A DNA stretch of 64,000 nt. Source: Nitrospirota bacterium. GTDB lineage: Bacteria > Nitrospirota > UBA9217. Both the position numbers and the translations under genes were made by a program. Of the stretch, positions 41,262 to 53,391 are shown piece after piece; position 1 is the first letter of the stretch; each line of letters starts with the position of its first letter. Where the stretch lies: positions 1 to 64,000 of the forward strand of contig JAOUEV010000003.1 of assembly GCA_029858565.1 (NCBI GenBank), read 5' to 3'. The notes below the pieces were generated by a model. It searched no databases and was not told the DNA's origin. It saw nothing but the letters and a program-made list of their open reading frames with translations.

Positions 41262-41489
41262 CGTTTGTTGTCATGCAGGGGGTGTTCCTACCATAAGTCA
41301 TTCTTCCACAGAGCAGTTATTCCCCAACAACGGAAATGCACGGGATCGTCAGGGAATTGAGCGCGGGGGACGTACCAGGCTCAGCCCTGTTGTTCTAAAC
41401 CGCATTTCCGCACCTGGTCCGATGCGCGGTACGCTCGTCACGCACGGATGAACCGGGGCGGAGGCACACGCAAGGAGGGAACTGGCATT

Positions 41490-41696
41490 ATGTCGAATGG
41501 GAAAGTGAAGTGGTTCAACGAGGCAAAGGGATACGGATTCATCGAGCCTGATGGCGGCGGCCGCGACGTGTTCGTGCATTATTCCGCCATCCAGGGCGAG
41601 GGCTTCAAGACGCTGTCGGAAGGTCAGCAGGTATCCTTCGATGTCGTCCAGGGTGAAAAGGGACCGCAGGCTGCCAACGTTTCGAAGTCGGCCTAA
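41490..41696 (+). CDS. cspA: Cold-shock protein
   Basis: [30 protein letters not shown]. Confidence 0.9.
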   Translation: MSNGKVKWFNEAKGYGFIEPDGGGRDVFVHYSAIQGEGFKTLSEGQQVSFDVVQGEKGPQAANVSKSA

Positions 41697-41776
41697 CGAC
41701 CAGTACCATCGGGACACGGACTGAACGCGCGATCGCACGCAGTTCACACCGTGGCTGCCGAATACCAAGCATACCG

Positions 41777-41812
41777 AAAACCTCGGAGAATCCCCCTCTT
41801 CGAGGTTTTTTT
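41777..41812. terminator. Intrinsic terminator
   Basis: aaaacctcggaga/tcttcgaggtttt stem with T-run. Confidence 0.8.
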
Positions 41813-41857
41813 ATTTCGGGGAAAGGGACATCCGACCGGATGTCAGTTGATCTTGTC

Positions 41858-42196
41858 TCAACAGGGGAGATAATTGATGTCGTAGCCGTTCCTGCGGAAT
41901 GCCTGCCTGAGGTCTTTTCGCTGCTCCGGTGACATGGTTCCGTAGAGTTCCTTCACCTTCGTTCCCGATCGTTCCTCAGCGCATGTCGCGCGAAAGAGCC
42001 TGTCCCGTGTTTCCTGCGGCAATTTCGTGTCGTTCAGTATCCTGGCCATATCCCCGGACTTGCAGAACATCTCAAACGCCGCGTCGGAACCGCTTCCGAT
42101 ATGGTATCCTTTCCCGTCCTTGCTGGCCAGAAAGGTCGACGAGCACCCGACAAGGCCGAGCAGGGCAGCGATCATCCAGGTAATACCTGTTCTCAT
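41858..42196 (-). CDS. Hypothetical lipoprotein
   Basis: Lipobox LVGC; start overlaps the TlpA stop codon. Confidence 0.8.
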   Translation of the reverse strand: MRTGITWMIAALLGLVGCSSTFLASKDGKGYHIGSGSDAAFEMFCKSGDMARILNDTKLPQETRDRLFRATCAEERSGTKVKELYGTMSPEQRKDLRQAFRRNGYDINYLPC

Positions 42197-42717
42197 CGTG
42201 TTTTCTCCTTTCCGTCGAGCAGGCCGGCTATCCGTGCCCGCACCGCGGCGTCGTCCCAGTTGATCTCACCAACGAGCCTCTCCGCTATGACGCCGTTGCG
42301 GTCGATAAGGAAGGCCGCGGGAAGGGCCGTGACCGCATAGAGATCGAAAGACACCTCTTTCTCGACATCGACGAGAACGGGAACGGTGACTCCTTTCTTC
42401 TCGATAAAATCCCTGACCTTCTTCGGGTATTCATCAACGGAGATCGCGATAACGGAAAATCCTTTTTCCCGAAAGGTCGTGTGCATGCGGCCCAGTGCCG
42501 GCAGTTCCGCGACACAGGACGGACACCAGGTGGCCCAGAAGACAACGAGTACCACTCCGCCCCGATAATCCGCAAGGGACCGGCGTTTTCCCTCAAGGTC
42601 GGAAAGGGCGAAGAGCGGCGCTTCCTTTCCCGCGACGGGAACCTGCGCCATTGCCGGGACCGGAAGTACACCTGCGAGCAGGAGGACGAGGACGACTAGG
42701 GTGAGTGCTTTGTTCAT
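42193..42717 (-). CDS. TlpA/ResA-like thiol-disulfide reductase
   Basis: Signal peptide, FWATWCPSC, LIDRNG. Confidence 0.93.
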   Translation of the reverse strand: MNKALTLVVLVLLLAGVLPVPAMAQVPVAGKEAPLFALSDLEGKRRSLADYRGGVVLVVFWATWCPSCVAELPALGRMHTTFREKGFSVIAISVDEYPKKVRDFIEKKGVTVPVLVDVEKEVSFDLYAVTALPAAFLIDRNGVIAERLVGEINWDDAAVRARIAGLLDGKEKTR

Positions 42718-42720
42718 GGT

Positions 42721-42754
42721 AAAGAAAAGCGGGGAGGGGGCATCCCCTCCCCGC
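42721..42754 (-). terminator. Intrinsic terminator
   Basis: gcggggagggg/cccctccccgc stem followed by ttttcttt on the minus strand. Confidence 0.8.
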
Positions 42755-42765
42755 GTGAGAGACGA

Positions 42766-44253
42766 TTAGAAACGAACGTTGAAGGTAAGGTATACATCCG
42801 TGGCTTTTTCCAGCGGAGCATACATTTGCGTGGCCATGACATCGGTCATGGACGTCGGGTTCGAGGTCAGGTCGGAGATCTTTTTCGGTTCTCCGAGCCA
42901 GCTGTTGCTGCCTGTGTACTCGAACTTGTAGAGCTGATAGCCGAGGCGGAAGAAGGCGCTGCCTTTTTTCGCTACCGGGGCCTGGTTCAGCTCCTGGATC
43001 ACATAGATCTCGTAGACCTGGCCGCGGGTGCCGACCTTGCTCGCGATCATATCGTCCGAAGCCGGTGCAAAAGCGATCCAGTTCTTCGAGCCCTGGTTGT
43101 ACTCCAATCCGATCTTGGTGCGGGTCTTGGTGATGTCATACCGCGCGCCGACAAAGATCGCAGAGCCGGTCTTGCTTTCAACCGCGGCGCCGCCATCGTA
43201 CAGCAGACCGAACCGCGCCATCTGCGGAGCGCCGCCCATGTCATAGAACGGAGCATCATATCCATTGTCATTCGGGCTGGTTTTGCTCACTGCGCCCGAC
43301 AGGAACCAGTTCAGTGCATTGCCGCCGCCCGCATTATCGACTTTGCCGACCAGCAGCACACCGTACTGCTCGATGTCGCCGAGGTTTGACTGTACCGGGC
43401 CGAAAGCGTCGATCGGCGGGTTGGACATCATGTTGAAGGCTTTGTCGTACTGGAATTCCACATGGAGTGCCGTTGTGTCGTAGGGAACGACGTTCACGCC
43501 GACCATATCGACGTCCTTGAGATAGGTCGGATTGTTGATGGACTTGTAACCGCTCTCATAACCGCGGCCGTAGCAGACCTTTGCGAATGCGCCGGGAAGA
43601 GCTTCGATGTCCGGAGCATAGCCGACCGTCATGCCGTCAAAGGCGTAATCGATCAGGAAGGAGGGGACGCCTGCTGTGCCGCTCTTCTCCGAGTTCGCCT
43701 TGAGGTTCGACGGGGTGCCGCCGGTCGAAGGACGACGACCGACCGAGAACCATGCCGGCAGGCCGCCGACATTGCTCCAGGTCGCGTAGGCGTAGTCCAC
43801 GCGGAGCGCGTTGTCCTCGGGAACATGGCTGGTATTGCCGTCAAAAACACCCGACTTCTCGGGCGAGAAGAACGGGGAGGTGACTGCCGACGAATCGCCG
43901 CTGCCCCAGACCTTGTACATGTCGAACTTCGCCTTCACCGTGACGTCTTCGGTCGCTTTTGCTTTCAAGTGGAGGCCGAACTTGTTGGTCATGAGCGAGT
44001 TGTTCTTCACCTCGTAGCCCGGAACGCCCATGGTGTAGATGTTCATATCCGGATATCCTGCGCCCATGGGATTCGGGAAGGTCATAAAGCTCTGCCCTCC
44101 CGTGTACTGCATGTACTCGTGGACCGTGCCCTTGAGTGCATCATAGCGGAACTGGTACTCACCGCCAAGCTCGAGCCATGATGCTTCTTCTGCAACCGCG
44201 ATCCCCGCGGTCAACAGCGCCATAGCGGTAATGACAAACAGAACCTTCTTCAT
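42766..44253 (-). CDS. Outer-membrane beta-barrel protein, DUF3373-like
   Basis: Signal peptide, FSVGRRPSTGG.P motif, GLEYNQGSKNW, C-terminal FNVRF; RBS aaggagg. Confidence 0.75.
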   Translation of the reverse strand: MKKVLFVITAMALLTAGIAVAEEASWLELGGEYQFRYDALKGTVHEYMQYTGGQSFMTFPNPMGAGYPDMNIYTMGVPGYEVKNNSLMTNKFGLHLKAKATEDVTVKAKFDMYKVWGSGDSSAVTSPFFSPEKSGVFDGNTSHVPEDNALRVDYAYATWSNVGGLPAWFSVGRRPSTGGTPSNLKANSEKSGTAGVPSFLIDYAFDGMTVGYAPDIEALPGAFAKVCYGRGYESGYKSINNPTYLKDVDMVGVNVVPYDTTALHVEFQYDKAFNMMSNPPIDAFGPVQSNLGDIEQYGVLLVGKVDNAGGGNALNWFLSGAVSKTSPNDNGYDAPFYDMGGAPQMARFGLLYDGGAAVESKTGSAIFVGARYDITKTRTKIGLEYNQGSKNWIAFAPASDDMIASKVGTRGQVYEIYVIQELNQAPVAKKGSAFFRLGYQLYKFEYTGSNSWLGEPKKISDLTSNPTSMTDVMATQMYAPLEKATDVYLTFNVRF

Positions 44254-44473
44254 GAAAAATACCTCCTTAGGATTTGTGGTATTGCAGGGCAAACTGATAC
44301 GCATGTGAGAAGCGCTCCCACCTCCCTTCGGCCATGGAGTTCCTGAAAACCGGATGCGGTTTCAGTAATTATAGGTTGTTAGGCTTGAAATTGGGCGCAT
44401 CTTACTGCACAGAGCCAATTTTCGCGCCCCAACCTATGGTTAAACAGTTTCTAATAACTGCAACTTTAAGCCC

Positions 44474-44501
44474 AAAAAAAAACGAGCTGTTTGCTCGTTT
44501 T
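44474..44501 (-). terminator. Terminator of the ArsR gene
   Basis: aaaacgagc/gctcgtttt stem with a long T-run on the minus strand. Confidence 0.8.
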
Positions 44502-44831
44502 CTATTCACCCACTGTTTTTTTCCTGGACATATGCTGCTCAAAAAGGACTTCCTTCATGAGAGCGCAGGCCTCAATGACCTTGGGATTGGCAACGCGGTA
44601 GTAGATGTTTACACCGTCCCGTCGCGTGGCAAGGATGCCTTTATGTCGCATGACCGCAAGATGCTGTGAAACATTGGCCTTTGACGCTCCCAAGACATTG
44701 ACAAGTTCGGTCACCGTTTTCTCCTCATTCTTGAGGGTATTCAGGATCTCGATGCGCTTGGGATTGGTCAGGGTCTTACAAATCTCGGCCTGCATCTCAT
44801 AGAGAGATTTGTCCGTAATCACCACTTTCAT
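44502..44831 (-). CDS. ArsR/SmtB-family regulator
   Basis: NPKRIEIL, NVSQHLAVMR, RRDG..IYY. Confidence 0.93.
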   Translation of the reverse strand: MKVVITDKSLYEMQAEICKTLTNPKRIEILNTLKNEEKTVTELVNVLGASKANVSQHLAVMRHKGILATRRDGVNIYYRVANPKVIEACALMKEVLFEQHMSRKKTVGE

Positions 44832-44857
44832 GGCTCCTTTTTAACTTATTGCAACGA

Positions 44858-44886
44858 TGTTTGTCAAGTTATAAAACTTGTAAACA
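44858..44886. promoter_or_regulatory. Imperfect inverted repeat, candidate ArsR operator
   Basis: tgtttgtcaagtt-ataa-aacttgtaaaca just upstream of the ArsR gene. Confidence 0.4.
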
Positions 44887-45167
44887 ATGCCTAAGTAGAT
44901 TAATAACAGCTGTTTTGTTGCGCCCTGTGGCTCACTAGAACTGCACTATTATACACTATTCTGAACCTACTGTTTCAACAAGTAGATGGTGAAAGGGGAC
45001 GCACAGTTTCGGCAGTGGATTTTACCGACGCTCTGCATCTACCGATGCAACCTGCCCTGCGGCATGTGTGTTCAAGCACTGCAGGGTTCAGCAAAAACAC
45101 ATTTCCCTTGAATTTACATGCTAAAGTGATTAACATTGTAAAATTTTTCAATTGGGACGGAGCATAC

Positions 45168-47840
<2,673 letters not shown>

Positions 47841-47877
47841 TATTGAACTGATTGTAAATAAAGGTGAGTATAGAAGG

Positions 47878-47912
47878 AAAGGGTTTAGAGAATGATCTCT
47901 AAACCCTTTTTT
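47878..47912. terminator. secA terminator
   Basis: 14-bp stem aaagggtttagaga/tctctaaacccttt with T-run. Confidence 0.9.
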
Positions 47913-48011
47913 ATTAGGCTGTATCGATCACCGTGCGGAATGCAAATAACACCTACAAGTGTGCAATATCAGTCGACTTACAATATCATCAGATACTGAT
48001 TGAAATTTGCA

Positions 48012-48071
48012 GATGAACGCACGGGTGAGACTCGCGTTTCTTGCGCATCAGATTTGATCCGCAGGTTGGGC
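48012..48071 (-). other. Degenerate attC site
   Basis: Minus strand GCCCAAC CTGCG GATCAAAT...GTTCATC directly after a TAA; L-box pairing is weak. Confidence 0.55.
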
Positions 48072-48212
48072 GCTTATTCAGTGCGGATTTTTCTCTTATT
48101 TGTCGCTACTACAAGAAACAGAGATATGCCCAATGATAGTAATATATAGCCCATGGAGCAAAAACGCTGAAAAAACCAGTCCGTACTTGTTCAATCTGCT
48201 CTTGTACCCGTA

Positions 48213-49904
48213 CTACTTGGCTAGCTTAATTAACAGCTCAGTCTCGCTTTCTGCCTTAAATTGCTTTTGTGACAAGTCAAGCCCTGATTTTTTAAAAATT
48301 GCAGTGCACTTGTTAAACAATGCTATACATTTGTTTTCATCGTTTAGTTCAGCAATAAACAAATCACAAAGGCTTTCGATTTTATTACTATTAAAAGGCG
48401 GCAAGTCCCTTCCAATAGACACTAGCCGTGCTAGCATCAACAGATGAAATCTTACTTTCTTAAATTCAGGATCAACAGAACCAGTTCTAAAATGTCCTTC
48501 TAGTTTATTAAAACATAAGGCGCTTGCGTAATATGGTGAATACTTGTGATCTGAACCAAATATTTTCCCCTTAAAGCTTTTGGCAATAGTTCCATAGTAA
48601 CCGCTAACGGCATGAGGAACACCAAGGAATACCGAGGCAAAAGACTTGATTTGAACGGGAATAGATATTATCTGAGTTTTTTTAATTCCGACTGCAGAAT
48701 GATACTGCTGTGATCGTCTTTCATAATACAATCGGCCCTCTCCCTTAATGGCATTGTAATATTGTTCTAACTTTTTCTGAAATTGTGTTAAGGCTTCAAG
48801 TTGTTCGGGTTTGACCTCTGTTTGACTGTTTGTTGCAAGCGTGATTTCATTTTTTATTTCTTCATCTTCCGTGACAACTATTTTTACCGGGACATTCACG
48901 CCGTTGATACCGTTAATATTTCTGCACTCATGCAATACATTGCTAGTCTGGCAACCGTTAACTACTTGATAGTCACGTAATGTGAACCTATTACCTGCTG
49001 GCGTTACAGACGAGGCAACTATTGTTATGCCGTTATTTAATACCGAGAAAATATCAAATTTGCCTGATTGGAGTGTTTCTTTGATTTTTCTATTCACGTC
49101 ATTATCGCCTTGGAAGTCTCTAACGTTGTCATCGAATATGCTATAAATTGTCTGATTTTCATCCTGCACAAGACTGATAAATTCAAGATAGGGAAGGATG
49201 CCAAGATAAGCTTCTTTTACTCCAGCAATATCTGGTAAAGTTATTCTGTTTTGGAAAGTAATTGTTGCTGACAACTTGTTGCGTGTTTCATGGTATAGCT
49301 TCTGTATTTCATTTGCACCTAAGGGGAAAAAAGAAACTTCATTAAAAAGCTCGCTATCGTCAACTTCTTTCTTCCCACCATTTACTATGGCTTTTAAATT
49401 CTGATCATTAGTCCACTTACCAGTTGTCACGTAAAATAACTTACAGTTAGGACGTCTATTGACCATATAAGCAGATTTGGCAATAATATGCTCCCAGATT
49501 TCTTTAAATGACTTCAATCTAGAATTATGAACAAGCTTTGATTGATCAGAAAGAAAATCTTTTACACCGAATACGAAGCTTCCGATTTCTGACCCTTCGA
49601 AACTAGAAGATGTCTTGGATTGTATAAAAACAATATCGCAGTCCAAGTATCCGCTTTCTGCGACAACATCATCCAACTCATCTATCTCAGTTACGAGTTT
49701 TCCATTCACGATTATCGCTAAGCCATCTATAGCAGCATCTCCTCCGCCCCCGGTAAATACGGAATCCAATTCGAAGGTTGTCCTATGCAACTTAGAAATA
49801 ACGGAAAAATTGACGAAGTTCTCGAACTGTTTGTCCTCGGCAAGCTTAACTAACTCATTATCGATCGAAAATGAGTCTAGCAGCGATCTTGTAATTTTGT
49901 CCAT
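48213..49904 (-). CDS. AIPR-family protein
   Basis: GGGDAAIDG...FIQSK N-domain; NVRDFQG, LNNGIT, QVVNGCQT, ATNSQT core motifs. Confidence 0.9.
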   Translation of the reverse strand: MDKITRSLLDSFSIDNELVKLAEDKQFENFVNFSVISKLHRTTFELDSVFTGGGGDAAIDGLAIIVNGKLVTEIDELDDVVAESGYLDCDIVFIQSKTSSSFEGSEIGSFVFGVKDFLSDQSKLVHNSRLKSFKEIWEHIIAKSAYMVNRRPNCKLFYVTTGKWTNDQNLKAIVNGGKKEVDDSELFNEVSFFPLGANEIQKLYHETRNKLSATITFQNRITLPDIAGVKEAYLGILPYLEFISLVQDENQTIYSIFDDNVRDFQGDNDVNRKIKETLQSGKFDIFSVLNNGITIVASSVTPAGNRFTLRDYQVVNGCQTSNVLHECRNINGINGVNVPVKIVVTEDEEIKNEITLATNSQTEVKPEQLEALTQFQKKLEQYYNAIKGEGRLYYERRSQQYHSAVGIKKTQIISIPVQIKSFASVFLGVPHAVSGYYGTIAKSFKGKIFGSDHKYSPYYASALCFNKLEGHFRTGSVDPEFKKVRFHLLMLARLVSIGRDLPPFNSNKIESLCDLFIAELNDENKCIALFNKCTAIFKKSGLDLSQKQFKAESETELLIKLAK

Positions 49905-49975
49905 TTTGGTTCCTTCCTTTATTAAATAACGCGGATTTCACACGCCGCGTAGCGCGTCGGCGTGGAACGACTTGT

Positions 49976-51912
49976 GTACGCCCGGCACGGGCGTGAACTA
50001 ATGGGGTGCAAGTCCCCTGTACGAGAACCACAGTAGCACAAGTACCAGCCCAAGGCAAGGGCGGAAGGGCGACCGACCGTCCGAAGGAAGCCTACGGCAA
50101 ACGTGCGAGCCGACGAACAGAAACCGCATATAAGGCTCAGTCCCCGGGCGAGTCAGCACTACATGACGAAGCCCGCCGGTTCAGGGGATAGGGTAAATGC
50201 GGCGGTTGTGCACGGACAGTTCACGTTCTTATCCGGGGAGATCTGCACGCCATGCGATAGGACCGTCATGAGAGATTCCGGATCGGGCCAACCGGTATAA
50301 GGCCCCGGCGTATCAACGGCTGTCGCTTGATACGAGTCCCTCGGGAAACACGAAACAGACAGCATCTCATGATGATTCCCTATAGCGCCGTCTCTGGAAA
50401 CAGAGGCGGTGTGCGCGCAGAAGTCAGCAGACGGCATAGTACCCGGAATCCGCTCCGGGGAAGGCCAGAACGCGGAAAGGAGGAACGGCAGTCCATAAGC
50501 TTCGGCACGGTGATGAGTTCGTCAGGATGAGCCGCGTCCGGGCGCGTTGTGGAACAAAGCCCCCTCAAATGACCACAGTGGAACAAGTAGTAAGCAGTGA
50601 GAACATGAAGCTCGCATGGCAACAGGTCAGGACGAACGCAGGAGCAGCCGGCATCGACGATATGTCGATTACGGACTATCCCGTCTTCGCCCGAGCCAAC
50701 TGGGCGCGGATCAAAGACTCTTTGCTGGACGGGACCTATGTTCCCGCTCCGGTCAAAAGGGTCGAAATCCCCAAAGACAACGGGGGAACCAGGCCACTCG
50801 GTATCCCCACGGTCTCCGATCGCGTGATCCAGCAGGCGATCACCCAGATACTCGTCCCCGTTTTCGATCCTCAGTTCTCGGAGTCGAGCTATGGATTCAG
50901 GCCAGGCCGTTCGGCGCACCAGGCGGTAAAGAAGGTGGTTGAGTCGATCAACCAAGGATACCATTACGCCGTGGACATCGACCTTGCCAAGTTCTTCGAC
51001 ACGGTCGATCACGATGTGCTGATGCAGAGAGTCAGCCGTCGGGTAACGGACAAAGGCATTCTGAAGTTGATCGGCAAGTACCTTCGGGCCGGGGTGGTCG
51101 TAAACGGAAGGCTGAACCAGACATCCAAAGGAGTGCCGCAGGGCGGGCCGTTATCACCGCTCTTGAGTAATATCCTTTTGGACGATCTCGACAAAGAACT
51201 GGAGAAGCGAGGGCATCGGTTCTGCCGATACGCCGACGACCTCATCGTTCTGGTGAAGTCCAAGCGCAGCGGAGAGCGCGTGATGGAGAGCATCAGCCGG
51301 TTCCTTGAAAAGAAGCTCAAGGTGCAGGTCAACCGAGACAAGAGTCGAGTGGTGCGGTCCGAGAAGAGCACCTTTCTCGGGTTCACATTCACCGGCAGGA
51401 GACTGACGGTCTCGGAAAAGTCCCTCACGCGCTGCAAGAACGAGCTGCGCCGCCTTACGTGGCGCAGTTGGGGCGTTGCCATGGAATACCGGTACCGGAA
51501 AATCCGCACCTACGTGCAGGGGTGGATGAACTATTTCGGTATCGGGATGAGGTACAAGACCGCCAACGAGTGGGATCAATGGTTCCGCCGCCGCGTTCGG
51601 ATGTGCTACTGGAAACAGTGGCGCAAGACGAGGACGCGGGTCAGGGAAATGATGAAACTCGGGGTCGGTGAGCGGCACGCGGTCAAGGCCGGGATGAGCA
51701 GGAAAGCGTACTGGCATCTTGCGAAGACCGAGGCCTTGAACGTGGCATTGTCCAATCGCTATCTCAAAGAGCAGGGACTCACGTCGCTACGAACACTGTG
51801 GATCAAGATACACCACCCGGCCACGGCCCGGTGATTTCCGCGAACCGCCTAGTGCGTACCCGCATGCTAGGTGGTGTGGGGGCTGGGGGAGAGAATCCCC
51901 CGGCTACCCGAT
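49976..51912 (+). mobile_element. Group II intron, class C attC-targeting type
   Basis: Starts GTACGCCCGGC after TTGT; domain V gaaccgcctagtgcgtacccgcatgctaggtggtgt with CGC triad; domain VI ends ctacccgat; antisense to the cassettes. Confidence 0.9.
50569..51834 (+). CDS. ltrA: Group II intron reverse transcriptase/maturase, no endonuclease domain
   Basis: RPLGIP, SYGFRP, DLAKFFD, GVPQGGPLSPLL, RYADD, FLGF, GWMNYF. Confidence 0.97.
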   Translation: MTTVEQVVSSENMKLAWQQVRTNAGAAGIDDMSITDYPVFARANWARIKDSLLDGTYVPAPVKRVEIPKDNGGTRPLGIPTVSDRVIQQAITQILVPVFDPQFSESSYGFRPGRSAHQAVKKVVESINQGYHYAVDIDLAKFFDTVDHDVLMQRVSRRVTDKGILKLIGKYLRAGVVVNGRLNQTSKGVPQGGPLSPLLSNILLDDLDKELEKRGHRFCRYADDLIVLVKSKRSGERVMESISRFLEKKLKVQVNRDKSRVVRSEKSTFLGFTFTGRRLTVSEKSLTRCKNELRRLTWRSWGVAMEYRYRKIRTYVQGWMNYFGIGMRYKTANEWDQWFRRRVRMCYWKQWRKTRTRVREMMKLGVGERHAVKAGMSRKAYWHLAKTEALNVALSNRYLKEQGLTSLRTLWIKIHHPATAR

Positions 51913-51927
51913 TGGAATTCTGCATTA

Positions 51928-52482
51928 TCAAGAGAAAGCAAAATTACCCATTGTTTGGCGAGTGACATTTGTAGTCACATTAATAAACAGATCCACATGA
52001 GTCGAATCTACATTTGGCTCGAGTAACTGTTCGGTTCTAACTGCAACAGCAGTTACCAAGTTGTCGTCTTCCAACAAGCAAAAAAATGGATTTTCATCCG
52101 TAGTCGGGCTTGACTCTCGTGGTAGGGCATTTTCATGCCGCGGCATTGTTAAAGCGTCAAATAGGGTCTTTAGTCTATTATCAATATCTCCACCCTGCGT
52201 AATTAAATGCCCCGGTGATTCAGGTCGCAGAAGTGTTATGGAAAGCTCAGCAACAACGTTCATTTCATTTGTAATAAGAGGCGCAAAGATAAAAGAACCT
52301 AGTGGACGAAGCAGGGAATACTCACCTGTTCTCCTTTCACCAAGCAATCCTGGTTGATCAGAAAGAGGTGCTTGTTTCCACAGCGTTGCAAGCTGTTGAT
52401 GGAAATGCCTACGCAGATCGTGCTTGTGATCTGGCTTGCCATTTGCGTTCAACTTACCACGATAGTGCAGTACAAGTTTCAT
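51928..52482 (-). CDS. Cassette protein with RusA-like nuclease motif
   Basis: DIDNRLKTLFDAL fits DxDNxxKxxxD; downstream LEDD. Confidence 0.7.
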   Translation of the reverse strand: MKLVLHYRGKLNANGKPDHKHDLRRHFHQQLATLWKQAPLSDQPGLLGERRTGEYSLLRPLGSFIFAPLITNEMNVVAELSITLLRPESPGHLITQGGDIDNRLKTLFDALTMPRHENALPRESSPTTDENPFFCLLEDDNLVTAVAVRTEQLLEPNVDSTHVDLFINVTTNVTRQTMGNFAFS

Positions 52483-52493
52483 TGTTTATTTCT

Positions 52494-52547
52494 CTCAAAC
52501 AAAATCGCCTGACGCGGTTCGGGCAATGCACTGATGCTGTGTTTGCT
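52494..52547 (-). other. Degenerate attC site
   Basis: AGCAAAC...CGTCAGG CGATTTT GTTTGAG between two cassette genes; L' box identical to that of the 53331 site. Confidence 0.5.
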
Positions 52548-52554
52548 GGTAACT

Positions 52555-53310
52555 TTATATGCCATGCATAATTCTTGACCAGTCAATGGCTTTGCCCTGA
52601 TCACGATAGCTATATCCTGTACCCGTGTATCCGCAGTCTTCACGTTGAATTACATCATGGAGCTGATGTAGAAGTTCCACATGAGCTTTGTAGAACTTGT
52701 CAAAATCTCTGTCATCTAAGATTACCGGGCATGGCTTAGTCTGGTCAGCTTTCCATTCAACATAGTCTTTATGCAGATCAAACTTTCCGCGTATCGGAAG
52801 TGCGGTGGTCTCGTATTTCGAATTGTACAATCCGTTGTTGTGAAGATAGCAATTCCGAAACCGTCTAACGTGGTCAACGTCTCTCCTGTTTTGATCTAAA
52901 CGTGCCAACATGCCCTGCGACCCGTATGTTGTTTTAGTCAGTCTGTCAAAAGCCCAGTCTAGCCGTGGCTTGTAATCGGGATTGCTGCCCTTTGCTTGAT
53001 GAATATTTCTAGACTCCAATAGCTCCCAGAAATCGGCAAGGACGCCTTCGAATATCGCTGCAATTGCAATAAGGCAACTGCGGACATGGTAGTATGGGAA
53101 AGTACTTCTCATCACGGCCACTAGGGCAACGGGGTCATAAGCTCTACTCCAATCATTCGTCATTGGATGAAGAGGAGGCAATTTAGACACAAGGTCACTA
53201 TCTTTGGTGCAACTATAGGAGGCTGCGGCAAACGCAAAATAAGCCCAAACGCCATGAAGCGCATCATCCGCTCTTTCAAATAAAACTTGGGCATCTGGGT
53301 CGAAATCCAT
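52555..53310 (-). CDS. Cassette protein with HEPN-like RX4H motif
   Basis: Helical-looking sequence, AIFE upstream and RNCYLHNNG; RBS gagggg. Confidence 0.65.
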   Translation of the reverse strand: MDFDPDAQVLFERADDALHGVWAYFAFAAASYSCTKDSDLVSKLPPLHPMTNDWSRAYDPVALVAVMRSTFPYYHVRSCLIAIAAIFEGVLADFWELLESRNIHQAKGSNPDYKPRLDWAFDRLTKTTYGSQGMLARLDQNRRDVDHVRRFRNCYLHNNGLYNSKYETTALPIRGKFDLHKDYVEWKADQTKPCPVILDDRDFDKFYKAHVELLHQLHDVIQREDCGYTGTGYSYRDQGKAIDWSRIMHGI

Positions 53311-53330
53311 ATCTCACCCTCATCAAAACG

Positions 53331-53389
53331 GACTAATACGCGCCTGACGCGCCGCCTTCAGTTCGTCGCCGTCGAGGCGCTGGTTGTGA
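53331..53389 (-). other. attC site with canonical spacing but R' GTT changed to ATT
   Basis: TCACAAC CAGCG CCTCGACG...CGTCAGG CGCGT ATTAGTC; L'' equals the reverse complement of L' plus one extrahelical C. Confidence 0.8.
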
Positions 53390-53391
53390 TT

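Larger units (their letters stand above)
49924..51917 (-). other. attC site split by the intron (49924-49975 plus 51913-51917)
   Basis: Removing the intron rebuilds TTCCAAC AAGTC GTTCCACG CCGACGCGCTACGCGGCG TGTGAAA TCCGC GTTATTT. Confidence 0.85.

Noticed and set aside
44981-45043. Possible c-di-GMP-I riboswitch before secA (gaaaggggacgcacag inside a gtagatg/catctac stem)
   Set aside because: Lacks the GCAAAC element and a stem closing the GAAA loop; resemblance is partial. Rfam cmscan would settle it.
48100-48447. Plus-strand ORFs inside the island (also 49615-49929, 52061-52357, 53630-54028)
   Set aside because: Antisense to longer, motif-bearing cassette genes.
50569-51834. Reverse transcriptase as a retron, DGR or defence RT
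   Set aside because: Maturase domain plus intron domains V/VI and the attC target identify a group II intron; no template/variable repeat pair seen.
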